From assembly GCF_028641065.1 (NCBI RefSeq), contig NC_073402.1, positions 21,948,001 to 22,012,000 of the forward strand: a stretch of DNA of 64,000 nucleotides, in the 5' to 3' direction. The position numbers and the translations under genes are program-made. Below the pieces are notes generated by a model. It was not told where the DNA came from. It saw only the letters and a program-made list of their open reading frames with translations, and made no database searches. Positions 15,001-35,290 of this stretch are shown here, one piece after another. This DNA is from Leucoraja erinacea (taxonomy: Eukaryota). Position 1 is the stretch's first letter. Every line of letters begins with the position of its first letter.

Positions 15001-15930
15001 TTGTTTTGAACCTTTTCATACCTCTAGGTTCCCTCCCTTGACCCAGTAGGTCGACCCGAAACGTCACCTACTCCCTTTCTCTAGAGATGTTGTCTGACCC
15101 GTTGAGTTACTCCCACATTTTGAGTCCATCTAGGTAGTTTGTATTTCAGGTAGGGCATAAAACAGTGGCCATAAAGGTCAGTAATGGAAATCATTATCGT
15201 CGTAAACTGTTCATATAACTATGAAAATACGACAAAAGGCACAAAGAAAACTAATGTTGGGGAACAAAAAGTACATTAGTTTCAACATATATTAATTGTA
15301 GCTTAATGTGTAAAATGGTCTGCACACAATAACTAAAAGGAGATGTTTCACTCGAATATGCTAAATAACTCTCTTCTTGTGCTCATTGTAAAGTGTTTGA
15401 GTAACTGAACGAATCAGGCAGCATCTCTGGAGGATACGGATAGGCGACGTTTCGGATCGGGACACTTCGTCAGACTTCTTAAGTCTTAAGAAAGGTCCCG
15501 ACCTGAAACGTCGGCTAACCATATCCTCCAGAGATACTGAAGACGGGTTTCGGCCCGAAACGTTGCCTATTTCCTTCGCTCCATAGATGCTGCCGCACCC
15601 GCTGAGTTTCTCCAGCGCTTTTGTCTTCCTCCAGAGATACTGCCTGACCCACTGAGCTGAACGAGCACTTCAGATTCTAGCATCTGTAGTCCCTTGCAAT
15701 CCCAACTGTGTTGGTAACCCTCTGGTTAGCCCAGATACCGTAGAAAGGACGCCATGCCTATCATTAAATATTTATTGGAGATGAATTCGGGCGTGGAGAT
15801 GAATCTGTTCTCCGTCGTTTAAAGGCCTGGAGGAGCCAAGAGTAAATAAACCCGTCGGTCGCGTACACACACGCACGCACAGTGATGGACACTCACCTAA
15901 CACACGGAGCGGTTCCTTCTGCCCTCTCAT
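1..15930 (-). CDS. PDIA6: Protein disulfide-isomerase A6 (PDIA6/P5) or PDIA6-like paralog; spliced gene, 3' end outside window
   Basis: 12 exons with GT-AG boundaries and consistent phases: join(15897-15930,14057-14192,12233-12290,10012-10138,8416-8519,6637-6767,4715-4829,4188-4331,3884-3968,2197-2269,593-751,<1-18). Signal peptide, two thioredoxin domains with FYAPWCGHC, and the C-terminal domain [52 protein letters not shown]. Confidence 0.95.
593..751 (-). CDS. PDIA6: PDIA6 exon 11 ([52 protein letters not shown])
   Basis: Matches ORF 589-804; tttag/gtaaat. Confidence 0.95.
880..2060 (+). mobile_element. Degenerate, internally deleted CR1-clade LINE (ORF1 esterase remnant plus 3' end)
   Basis: 1390-1600 resembles the CR1 ORF1 SGNH esterase (IGD..VRGTD..F...SR.VCCLPG). 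1670-2060 is a CR1 3' end ([12 protein letters not shown]...WNE). Confidence 0.6.
2197..2269 (-). CDS. PDIA6: PDIA6 exon 10 ([25 protein letters not shown])
   Basis: cacag/gtaaat. Confidence 0.95.
2644..3791. mobile_element. Non-autonomous DNA transposon, 11-bp TIR, 7-bp TSD, G-rich interior
   Basis: CAGGCATGAGA (2644) ... TCTCATGCCTG (3791), flanked by CTAAATC at 2637-2643 and 3792-3798. Confidence 0.8.
3884..3968 (-). CDS. PDIA6: PDIA6 exon 9 ([28 protein letters not shown])
   Basis: aatag/gtgagc. Confidence 0.95.
4188..4331 (-). CDS. PDIA6: PDIA6 exon 8 ([48 protein letters not shown])
   Basis: tgcag/gtaagg, in frame. Confidence 0.95.
4715..4829 (-). CDS. PDIA6: PDIA6 exon 7 ([38 protein letters not shown])
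   Basis: Clear PDIA6 homology; aag/gtaagt. Confidence 0.95.
6637..6767 (-). CDS. PDIA6: PDIA6 exon 6 ([43 protein letters not shown])
   Basis: Second CGHC active site; tacag/gtaaat. Confidence 0.95.
6935..7625 (+). mobile_element. Penelope-like element 3' fragment (GIY-YIG endonuclease plus tail)
   Basis: [33 protein letters not shown]...KLEEQHL. Confidence 0.85.
8416..8519 (-). CDS. PDIA6: PDIA6 exon 5 ([35 protein letters not shown])
   Basis: Homologous linker; tacag/gtaaaa. Confidence 0.92.
9078..9152. repeat. (ATAG/AT/ATAC)n microsatellite
   Basis: Direct inspection. Confidence 0.8.
9250..9975 (+). mobile_element. Degenerate CR1/HER1 LINE fragments
   Basis: RT-region remnants and a CR1-type 3' end (aaaactagagggcacagttttaag). 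Confidence 0.6.
10012..10138 (-). CDS. PDIA6: PDIA6 exon 4 ([42 protein letters not shown])
   Basis: Matches ORF 9956-10147; tgcag/gtaagt. Confidence 0.95.
10762..12212 (+). mobile_element. 5'-truncated L1-clade LINE (ORF2 C-terminus intact, 341 aa) with 16-bp TSD
   Basis: ORF 10776-11801 has the L1 C-terminal CCHC motif [20 protein letters not shown] near the end. TSD AAACTGCATTAAAATA at 10746-10761 and 12213-12228. Confidence 0.88.
12233..12290 (-). CDS. PDIA6: PDIA6 exon 3 ([19 protein letters not shown])
   Basis: First CGHC active site; ttcag/gttgta boundaries. Confidence 0.95.
13000..13182 (+). mobile_element. HE1-like tRNA-derived V-SINE (partial)
   Basis: gcagtggtagagttgctg..cagcgccagagacc..ggagtttgtacgttctc..ggtttcctcc. 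Confidence 0.75.
14057..14192 (-). CDS. PDIA6: PDIA6 exon 2 ([46 protein letters not shown])
   Basis: ttgcag acceptor, gtgagt donor, thioredoxin domain start. Confidence 0.95.
15395..15700. mobile_element. Nested and inverted Penelope-derived tail repeats with hammerhead-like cores
   Basis: Antisense and sense CTGANGA..GAAACGT motifs; CCTCCAGAGATACTG duplicated around the inner copy. Confidence 0.7.
15897..15930 (-). CDS. PDIA6: PDIA6 exon 1 ([12 protein letters not shown])
   Basis: ATG in a CpG island, TTAG|gtgagt donor, phase 1 matching exon 2. Confidence 0.8.
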
Positions 15931-16105
15931 GTTGGCCGTGGCGGTGTGTGAGTGTGAGCGGCGTTAACCGTGGCGGTGTGTGAGAGCGGGAGCGGGAGCC
16001 ACGTGTCCGGAGCCGTGTTGGCGACCAGTGATCCTATGGCTACAGGACGCGACTCCCGCCCGCACCAGTGCCGTCGCTCTGCTCCAGTGCCACGCCTACT
16101 CCTAC

Positions 16106-16124
16106 CGTGGCCGCAGCCCATTGG
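16106..16124 (-). promoter_or_regulatory. ER stress response element (ERSE, CCAAT-N9-CCACG)
   Basis: Minus strand reads CCAAT-GGGCTGCGG-CCACG, an exact consensus match about 180 bp upstream of the PDIA6 ATG. Confidence 0.8.
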
Positions 16125-16386
16125 CTGCCCCTCCCCTCCCCGCAACCCCCGCCCCCCCCTCCTCGCTGCTGACCCCGGCCCGGGGTCAAAGCAAGGCAGC
16201 CAACCAGGGGACGGACACGTGTCGGCAGCAGCGGGGCGCCGCGGGCGGGCGCGCGCGGAGGGGGAGGGGGCGCGCGGAAAGGGGTGGGGGGGCGGGTCGA
16301 GGGGGGGTGGGGGCGGGGTCGAGGGGGGGTGGGGGGCGGGTCGAGGGGGGGTGGGGGGGGTCGAGGGGGGGGTGTGGGCAAGATCA

Positions 16387-16824
16387 GAATCAGAATCAAT
16401 TTATTTGTCATTTGGACCCCTGGAGGTCCAAACGAAACGCCGTTTCTGCAGCCATACACAACACACAAATAGACCCCAGACACAACATAATTACATTTAA
16501 CATAAACATCCATCACATAACTGTGATGGAGGCCAAACAAACGTATCTCTCCACTGCACTCTCCCCCCCCCCCCCGATGTCAGAGTCAAAGTCATAGCCC
16601 CCCGGCTGGCGATGGCGATTGTCCCACGGCCATTAAAGCCACGCCGGGTGATGCAAGGTCGCACACCGGGTCTTGGTGTTGGAGCCCCCGGTGTGCGCTC
16701 GCAGAGTCCGCGGCCATTCCAGCCGCGCGGGGCAGCGGTGTCAGGCCCCGCTCCAGGAGCTCTTCGACCCCGCAACTCGGGCGGGAGAAGTCGCCGCCGC
16801 AGAAGCCCCGAAAAGCGGTCTCCC
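16387..16824 (-). mobile_element. GC-rich retroposon with Rex/Babar-type microsatellite tail, inserted in a micro-element
   Basis: (gaatca)n-tttatttgtcattt tail in antisense; similar sequence at about 59735-60030. Confidence 0.6.
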
Positions 16825-16916
16825 TAGAGCTTTATGATCTATGGGTGTGGGGAGCGTGACGGTGGTGGGGGGGGGGGGGGGTAGTGTGCCGGCCCATCGT
16901 TACCAAAGATCTTTGG

Positions 16917-17241
16917 CACCCTACTGGGCTGTGTGAGGAATGCCATCAACCAGAAACAGTTCAGCATGCCCTAGTTGCATGTAGGAGATATGAGACAGAA
17001 AGAGGGTTTATGATCATTGAAATGAGGAAAATTGGATTGACAGAAATATCAGTAAAGAACATTCTAGAGTGTGGAGGGAAAGGAAAAGGAATAAAGCTGT
17101 TGTTTGATTTCTTGAGGGCCTCTGGGCTTATAAAAAGGATCTAATGTAAAGACATGAGTACTGTGGAATGAAGTCAGAAGGTGGCAGCAATGCAACATCG
17201 CGGATGCCAGCTGCCGTAAAACTCCAAAGAAGAAGAAGAAG
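16917..17241 (+). mobile_element. 5'-truncated I/Nimb-clade LINE 3' end with (GAA)n tail and 12-bp TSD
   Basis: HPTGLCEEC..ETVQHALVAC..LFDFLRASGLIKRI*, tail gccgtaaaactccaaa(gaa)n, TSD AAAGATCTTTGG at 16905-16916 and 17242-17253. Confidence 0.8.
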
Positions 17242-17289
17242 AAAGATCTTTGGTCGTTACCGCGCAGGAGGTGGGCGCTTAGTGCGGCC

Positions 17290-17320
17290 CATAGATCCTA
17301 TAGCGCTTATAGGATCTTTG
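17290..17320. mobile_element. 31-bp palindromic micro-MITE with 8-bp TSD
   Basis: CATAGATCCTATAGCGCTTATAGGATCTTTG flanked by GTGCGGCC (17282-17289, 17321-17328). Confidence 0.8.
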
Positions 17321-17819
17321 GTGCGGCCGATTACTGCAACTTGGAGCCTTTGATTGACTAGTTTGATTGTGTTCCATTTCAAAAAAATAGGTGATTCGGG
17401 TTGAATCCTAGGCCGATTTTCAGAAATGGGTTCATCATGAGAATGCGGTGCTTCAACTCGTATGTCTCACTTCAATTTACATTGCACGACAAACAGTGTC
17501 AGGACCTTGTCAGAGCCCTTTCACAAAAATCTGCTGTAGTCATTGAAAAGGTTTGGTAAACCATGGTTATGATTACACAAGATTTATGGTGGCTTATTCA
17601 GACAATTCCAATTTCATAAAGGTGATTGTGTGTATGCAGATCCTGGTTTACACCGAATATATACACACAAAGTGCTGATGTAACTCAGCGGGACAGGTAG
17701 CATCTCTGGAGATAAGGAATGGGTGTCGTTTTGGGTCAAGCCCCTTCTCCAGACTGTATCCGAGTCTGAAGAAGGATCTCCCCTGAGTTACTCCGGCGTT
17801 TTGTGTCTATCATAAAGAT

Positions 17820-18210
17820 GATTAGTTTATTGTCAGGTGTACCAAAGTACAGTGAAAAGCTTTTGTTGTGTGCTAACCAGTCAGCGGAATGATGATACAT
17901 GACTACATTTGAGCCGTTCACAGTGTGCAGATACATGATGAAGGGAATAACGCAAATAACGTGTAGTGCAAGATAATGCCAGTGAAGTTCAATCAAAGAA
18001 GGTCCGAGGGTCTCCAATGAGGTAGATATTAGCTCAGGACTGCTTCCTAGTTGTGGTAGGATGATCACTTGCCTGACAACAGGTGGGAAGAAACTGTCCC
18101 TAAATCTGGATGTGTGTCTTTTCATACTCTACCTTTTGCCCGATGAGAAAGAGGAGAAGAGGAAGTGGCCAAGGTGCGACTCGTCCTTGATTATGTTGGT
18201 GGCCTTTTGG
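17820..18210 (-). mobile_element. Rex/Babar-like LINE 3' fragment
   Basis: RHTSRFRDSFFPPVVRQ C-terminal motif and typical tail. Confidence 0.65.
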
Positions 18211-18670
18211 AGAATTAGGCTTTTAGACCCATTAAGTCTACTCCCGCCATTCAATCATGGCAGAACTACCTTTCCCTCTCAACCCCATTCTCCTATCTTC
18301 GCTCCATAACCCCTGACACCCGTTTTGAATCAATGTTCAGCATGGAAACAGGCCGTTCGGCCCACTAAATTCACACCAAACATCCATCCATATGACCTAA
18401 AGATAGACACAAAAAGCTGGAGTAACTAAGCAGGACAGGCAGCATCTTTGGAGAAAAGGAATAGGAAACGCCTCCTATTTTTTTCCCAGAGATGCTGCCT
18501 GAACTGCTGAGCTACTACAGCTTTTTGTGTCTATCTTTGATTTAAACCAGCATCTGCAGTTCCTTCCTATAGAAGTATGAAAAGACACATCTGTACATAC
18601 TAGTTCCTCTTCCAACTTTCTCCACCCTACCAACTACAATCCGTCTGAAGAAGGGTCCCAATCCGAAATG

Positions 18671-18971
18671 GACGCATTGAAGCTTGGTGCAGCCAACACC
18701 AAGGTTCTGTGGGGGAAGCCCACAGAAGTTGAAGGTAACTTCTGCTGTAGGACATTGGGGGACAGAGTCTGGTGGAGATGCCCCTCAAACAAGGGAAGGG
18801 ATATCAACCCAGGGGGCCACATAAGTGGCAAGGGTGCCTGGTATAGGGATAGTTTTGGTAGCACTACCAAATATAACGCTAATGAATATGTATAGCCACT
18901 GAGAATGTGGGAAGAGTTTGTGCACTGTTCTTGTTTTGTATTATGCTGAATAAAGTTTATTTTTAGATAAA
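18671..18971 (+). mobile_element. Tx1-like LINE 3' end inserted in a Penelope tail
   Basis: DALKLGAANTKVLWGK C-terminus, AATAAAGTTTATTTT tail, degenerate 20-bp duplication flanking it. Confidence 0.6.
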
Positions 18972-19388
18972 AAGGTTCCCGACCCAAAATGTCACCTATT
19001 TATGATCTCCACAGATGCTGCCCAAACCACTGAGTTACTACAGCACTCTGTTCTTTATTGTAAACCAGCATCTGCAGTTCCTTGTTTTTATATGGACACA
19101 GGCCATTCTGCCCACCGAGTCCACTACGACCATTAATCAACTGTTCACACTAGTTCCTCTTCCAGCTTGCTTCCCCCAACTAAAATCAGTCTGAAGAAGG
19201 GTGAATGATCAATGTACTTCAGAGATGCTGTTTGACCCACTGAGTTACTCCAGCACCTTTCAACAACTGCAATTTCTTGCATTTCCACAGAATTATATGT
19301 TAGAAACAAACAACTGCAGATGTTGGTTTAGAAAAGATACAAATTGCTGGAGTAACTCAGCAGGTCAGGCAGCATTCCTGGAAAACAT

Positions 19389-20792
19389 TTTCCTCCAAAC
19401 ACAAGGCGTAGCTATGGGCACACGCATGGGCCCCAGCTACGCCTGCCTCTTTGTCGGGTATGTTGAACAATCCTTGTTCAATACGTACCAGGGCCCCATC
19501 CCCGACCTCTACCTCCGTTACATTGATGACTGCTTTGGGGCCACCTCCTGCAGCCACACACAACTGACTGACTTCATCCACTTCACCACCAACTTCCATC
19601 CGGCACTCCAATACACCTGGACCATTTCCGACACTTCCCTACCATTCCTTGACCTCACCATTCACAGGGGACAGACTTCTGACCGACATACACTACAAAC
19701 CAACTGACTCACATGGATATCTGGACTACACGTCTTCCCACCCTGCCCCCTGTAAAGACTCCATCCCCTACTCCCAATTCCTCTGCATACGCCGCATCTG
19801 CTCCCAGGATGAGACGTTCCACACCAGGGCATCGGAAATGTCCTCGTTCTTCAGGGAACGGGGATTCCCCTCCGCCACCATAGATGAGGCTCGCACCAGG
19901 GTCTCATCCATACCCCGCAACACTGCTCTCTCTCCCCATCCCCGCACTCGCAACAAGGGCAGAGTCCCCCTAGTCCTCACCTTTCACCCCACCAGCCGGC
20001 AAATACAATAAATAATCCTCCGCCATTTCCGCCACCTCCAACGTGACCCCACCACTCGCCACATCTTCCCATCTCCCCCTATGTCTGCCTTCCGCAAAGA
20101 CCGCTCCCTCCGCAACTCCCTTGTCAATTCTTCCCTTCCCTCCCGCACCACCCCCTCCCCGGGCATTTTCCGTTGCAACCGCAAGAAATGCAACACCTGT
20201 CCCTTCACCTCCCCCCTTGACTCCATTCAAGGATCCAAGCAGTCGATCCAGGTGCGACAAAGGTTCACCTGTATCTCCTCCAACCTCATTTACTGCATCC
20301 GCTGCTCTAGATGCCAGTTGATTTACATCGGGGAGACTAAGCGGAGGTTGGGCGATCGTTTCGCCGAACACCTCCGCTCAGTCCGCAATAACCTACCTGA
20401 ACTCCCGGTGGCTCAGCACTTCAACTCCCCCTCCCATTCCCAATCCGACCTCTCTGTCCTGGGTCTCCTCCATTGCCAGAGTGAGCAACACCGGAAATTG
20501 GAGGAACAGCACCTCATATTCCGCCTGGGTTGCTTGCGTCCGGATGGCATGAACGTTGAATTCTCCCAGTTTTGCTAGCCCTTGCTGTCTCCTCCCATCC
20601 CCCCGCCCTCGGGCTCCTCCTCCTCCCTTTTTCCTTCCTTCTCCCCCCCACCCCCCATCAGTCTGAAGAAGGATTTCGGCCCGAAACGTCGCCTATTTCC
20701 TTCGCTCCATAGATGCTGCTGCACCCACTGAGTTTCTCCAGCATTTTTGTGTACCTTCGATCTTCCAGCATCTGCAGTTCCTTCTTGAACAC
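19389..20792 (+). mobile_element. Penelope-like retroelement (RT plus GIY-YIG), 5'-truncated, disrupted by a frameshift and a stop
   Basis: QTQGVAMGTRMGPSYACLF, YLRYIDD, LPFLDL, then [30 protein letters not shown]. Frameshift near 19660, stop at 20011. Flanked by TTCCTGGAAAACAT at 19375-19388 and 20793-20806. Confidence 0.92.
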
Positions 20793-21269
20793 TTCCTGGA
20801 AAACATGAATAGGTGACTCCAGCACTTTGTGTCAATGCTGCCTGACCCTGAGGCACGCCAGCAATTTCTGTCAAAGAGTCCCAACCCAAAACGTTATCTA
20901 TCCATGTACTCCAGGGATGCTGCCAGACCTGCTGAATTACTCCAGCATTTTGTGTCTAATTCTATGTTATCCCACTTTCTCATCCACTTTGGCCAATTTT
21001 TCAGAGGCCAATTAACCTACAAACCTGCATGTCTTTGAGATGTGAGGTGGAAACCAGAGCACCCAGAGGAAACACATGCGGTCACAGGGAGAATGTGCAA
21101 ACTCCACACAGACAGCACGAGGTCAAGATCGGACCTGGATCTTTGGTGCTTAGAGGCAGCAGCTATGCCACTATCTGCCTATACAAACTTACAAGAGGAG
21201 ATGTTATTGGTTCTTTTCATGTAAAATTTATTTCCATCCAACAAAGTATTGTATTTCCTTTTGAAAGCT

Positions 21270-21850
21270 GTAGTTGAATATGCTTTCACCACTTTGCTGA
21301 TGATACAAAAGTGGGTGGTTTGGCAGATAGTGAAGATGGTTGTAAAATATTGCAGCAGGATCTTGATCGATTGGCCAAGGGGGCTGAGGAATGGTTGATA
21401 GCATTTAATACAGAGAAATGTGAGGTGTTGCATTTTGGGACATCTAACAAGGGCAGAAATTATAGGGCTCTGGGGTGTGTTGTGGGAATGAGGGATCTAG
21501 GAGTCCCAGGTAAAGGTGGTCAAAAAGGCATTTGGCACATTGGCCTTCATCAGTCAGAGTAGGGGAATCGAGGACCAGAGGACATAGGTTCAAGGTGAAG
21601 GAGAAAAGATTTAATATGAAACTGAGCGGTAACTTTTTCACACAAAGTGTATGGAACGAGCTGCCGGGAAAGGTAATTGAAGCAGATACTATCCCAACGT
21701 TTAAGAAACAGTTAGACAGGTAGGTACATGGATAGGACAGGTTTGGAGTGATATGAACCAAGCTCAGACAGGTGGGACCAGTGTAGCTGGGACATGTTGG
21801 CCAGTGTGGGCAAGTTGGGCCGAAGGGCCTGCTTCCACACAGTATCACTC
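21270..21850 (+). mobile_element. CR1/HER1 LINE fragment
   Basis: FADDTKVGG..DSEDGCKILQQDLDRL..FNTEKCEVLHFG; [12 protein letters not shown]. Confidence 0.8.
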
Positions 21851-23079
21851 TATGTCTTTAACATGAATACACATTACTGTGAGAAAAGGTTTCTCCCCTC
21901 TAATTTTCCTTTTTGTCAATTTTGCTAACTCACTAGCCTCTGCTCTTTCTGCCATTGGGAAAGTGCCTCTGTATTTACCTTGAATGCTTCTAGTAAATCT
22001 CCTTGCAACTTTGTGAAGACATTAGTTGTGGAACCCAAAAGCATTTCAGTCAAGGACAAATTATTACAGATGTTGGAAACCGGTAAATGATATACCGGTA
22101 AATGCTCGACAATTCAGGCATCTCTAGAGAAAATAAAAACTGATGGGTTCTCATCGAAAATGGTGATATTCCAACACCACATCGATACCAGCTGTCGTAT
22201 ATACCCATAACATTCCAACATTTCTGTCCAAAAGCTATTTCCTTCACAGATGCTTTCCCTTCCCTTTATTGTGATTACAATTTTTAAGATTGTTTTGAAG
22301 AGGGAGAAAGCTGGACCTTGGGGGGAGATTGGAAAAAGACAAACTACAATGTAATTAGGCAGGAGCTCGAGAGGGTATACTGGGAGCAAGTGTTATTGGT
22401 TAAGTTCACATCATGACACTATACTATTAAACACTATCTCTTTCCAGTGCTCAGTCTTGTCATTGTTTGAGTTCATGCCCCCTCTTATCTCTTCACCTCA
22501 TCGTTAAAATTATTTTGAAATTCTATTTTCCCCATACCTCAGTGAGCCCTGCAAACGTTTTCCCTTTTTAGAGATTTTAATCTCTATATGCTTTGTTATC
22601 ACTTTCTCCTAACTAACAATGATCCACTAGACTTTCCTCGATCCTTCTATCCCCTTTGGTGTCTCGTTTCAATACCTTATACTTCATTATCTCCGTGTCT
22701 CCCTCTCCCCTGACTCTCAACCTGAAGAAGGCACTCTGAACATTACCCATTCCTTCTCTCCAGAGATGCTGCCTGCATTTTTGTGTACCTTCGATTTTCC
22801 AGCATCTGCAGTTCCTTCTTAAACACAGTTATTCTAGTACTTTGTGCCTAAACGAACATCTTCATTTCCTAATAACTGCATTCCCTCAGAATGTGTGCGT
22901 GGCGCCCAGGAGATTAATTTCTTAATTCTCATATATATATATATTTTTTAAAGCAACCCCAGAAATGTTAGCATGGACAGACAAATAACAAACCATTTGC
23001 TACACTCCTCAGCCTCTAACGAGATTGTATATTTTAAGCACAGCACAGACTGTAAAGATAAATGCATTTGGTCCAGAAA

Positions 23080-23327
23080 CCTTTCGTTGCGCATTCCGGT
23101 CGCTCATTTTATACGCAATTTCCCTTTTTATTTATTTAAAAAAAGAAGCACCTTATTATGAAGAATTGACAGGGCAAGTGGCCAATCGGCACGGACGCTG
23201 CAGCCTGACACGCTGTCACTAACGTGCACATGTAGCCAGTCGCAACTGTAGCAGTGGAGTCACGTTCGATCGGGAGTCGAGGTTTTAAATAAGTTATCTA
23301 ACCAAGGTGAACACTTGAAAGTACAGC
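23080..23327 (+). promoter_or_regulatory. AK2 promoter / 5' UTR
   Basis: CpG-enriched, CCAAT box near 23182, TGCGCATTCCGG (partial NRF1/ETS-like) near 23088. Confidence 0.45.
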
Positions 23328-34102
<10,775 letters not shown>

Positions 34103-34554
34103 TTTTGTTGCATATGCAGTAACATTTAATGTGTTGCATTTTTAATAGATTGTAATCAAGAATACTACTTATATTAACCAATGATTACATGATATTTATT
34201 TGAGGATGATTTGGATAACTGAAAAAAAAAAGATCTATTGATTTTGGTTTTATTACACTATCAAGAGGTTACAAATGCTAGCTTTATTTATGTCAAATAA
34301 TTGCTGCAGATTACATTTGATAGTCAAATATCTGGTTGTTTCAGCATATGACATGGCTACTATTTTAATGTTGCAAATACATTCCTCTGAAGTTGCAAAA
34401 ATTATTTTAACGGTTCATTTCAGAGCCATTTCAACACAATTAATTTAAATTAAGTAATCTGTAATTTCCAATTAATTGTGTTAAATTGGATGCAGTCCTT
34501 AATGCAGATTATGTTGGAATTAGCTAAACTGATGGGGCAGAAACAACATATCTA

Positions 34555-35290
34555 TCAAACTGAAGATAGACACACACTATTCAACCAGCAGGTCAGGTAA
34601 TATCTCTGGAGAAAAGGAATAGGTGACGTTTCAGGTCGAGAACCTTCTTGAGAGTCGGGGGAGAGGGAAACGAGAGATATAGAAGGTACATAACACAAAT
34701 GATTGAAAGATATGCAAAAAGCAATGATGATCAAGGAAAGGTGGAGCCCACCATAGTCCATTGTTAGCTGTGGGGATAATGAGTGATACAAGCAGTGAAA
34801 CTCAGCAGGATGACGGTGAAACTAATACAATGACTAGGGTGGGGGAGGGACGGAGTGGGAAGGATAACTTGAAGTTAGAGAAATCAAAACTCATACCGAA
34901 GGGTTGTAAATTGCCCAAGCGAAATATGAGGTGCTGTTCCTCCAATTTGTGTTTGGCCTCACTCTGACAATGGAGGAGGCCCAGGATAGAAAGGTCAGAA
35001 TGGGAAAGGGAGTTAAAGTGTTTGGCAACTGGGAGATCGCGTAGGCCAAGGTGGACTGAGCAAAGGTGTTCAGCGAAACGATCGCCCCGTCTGCGCTTGG
35101 TTTTGCTGATATATAGGCCTATACCTGGAACAGTGGATGGGGTTGGAGGAGGTGCAAGGGAACCTCTGCCTTGCCTGAAAGGACTGTCGGCGCCGAATCC
35201 CAGCACAGACTGGGTGAGCGTTTCGCTGAGCACCTTCGCTCAGTCTGCCTTGGCCGACGTGATCTCCCAGTTGCCGTACACTTTAACATT
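34555..35290 (-). mobile_element. Penelope-like 3' fragment with a short inverted copy
   Basis: LYISKTKRRRGDRFAEHL..KLEEQHLIFRLG on minus; sense remnant at 35205-35290. Confidence 0.8.

Larger units (their letters stand above)
15850..16380. promoter_or_regulatory. CpG island / PDIA6 promoter
   Basis: High GC and CpG density around exon 1, GC boxes, CACGTG motifs near 16000 and 16215, G-rich tract. Confidence 0.7.

Noticed and set aside
16018-16045. Possible fourth micro-element remnant (TGGCGAC-CAGTGATCCTA-TGGCTAC)
   Set aside because: Termini and flanks too degenerate to support
15927-16827. Several overlapping 70-205 aa ORFs
   Set aside because: Stop-poor GC-rich promoter and repeat sequence with no domain similarity
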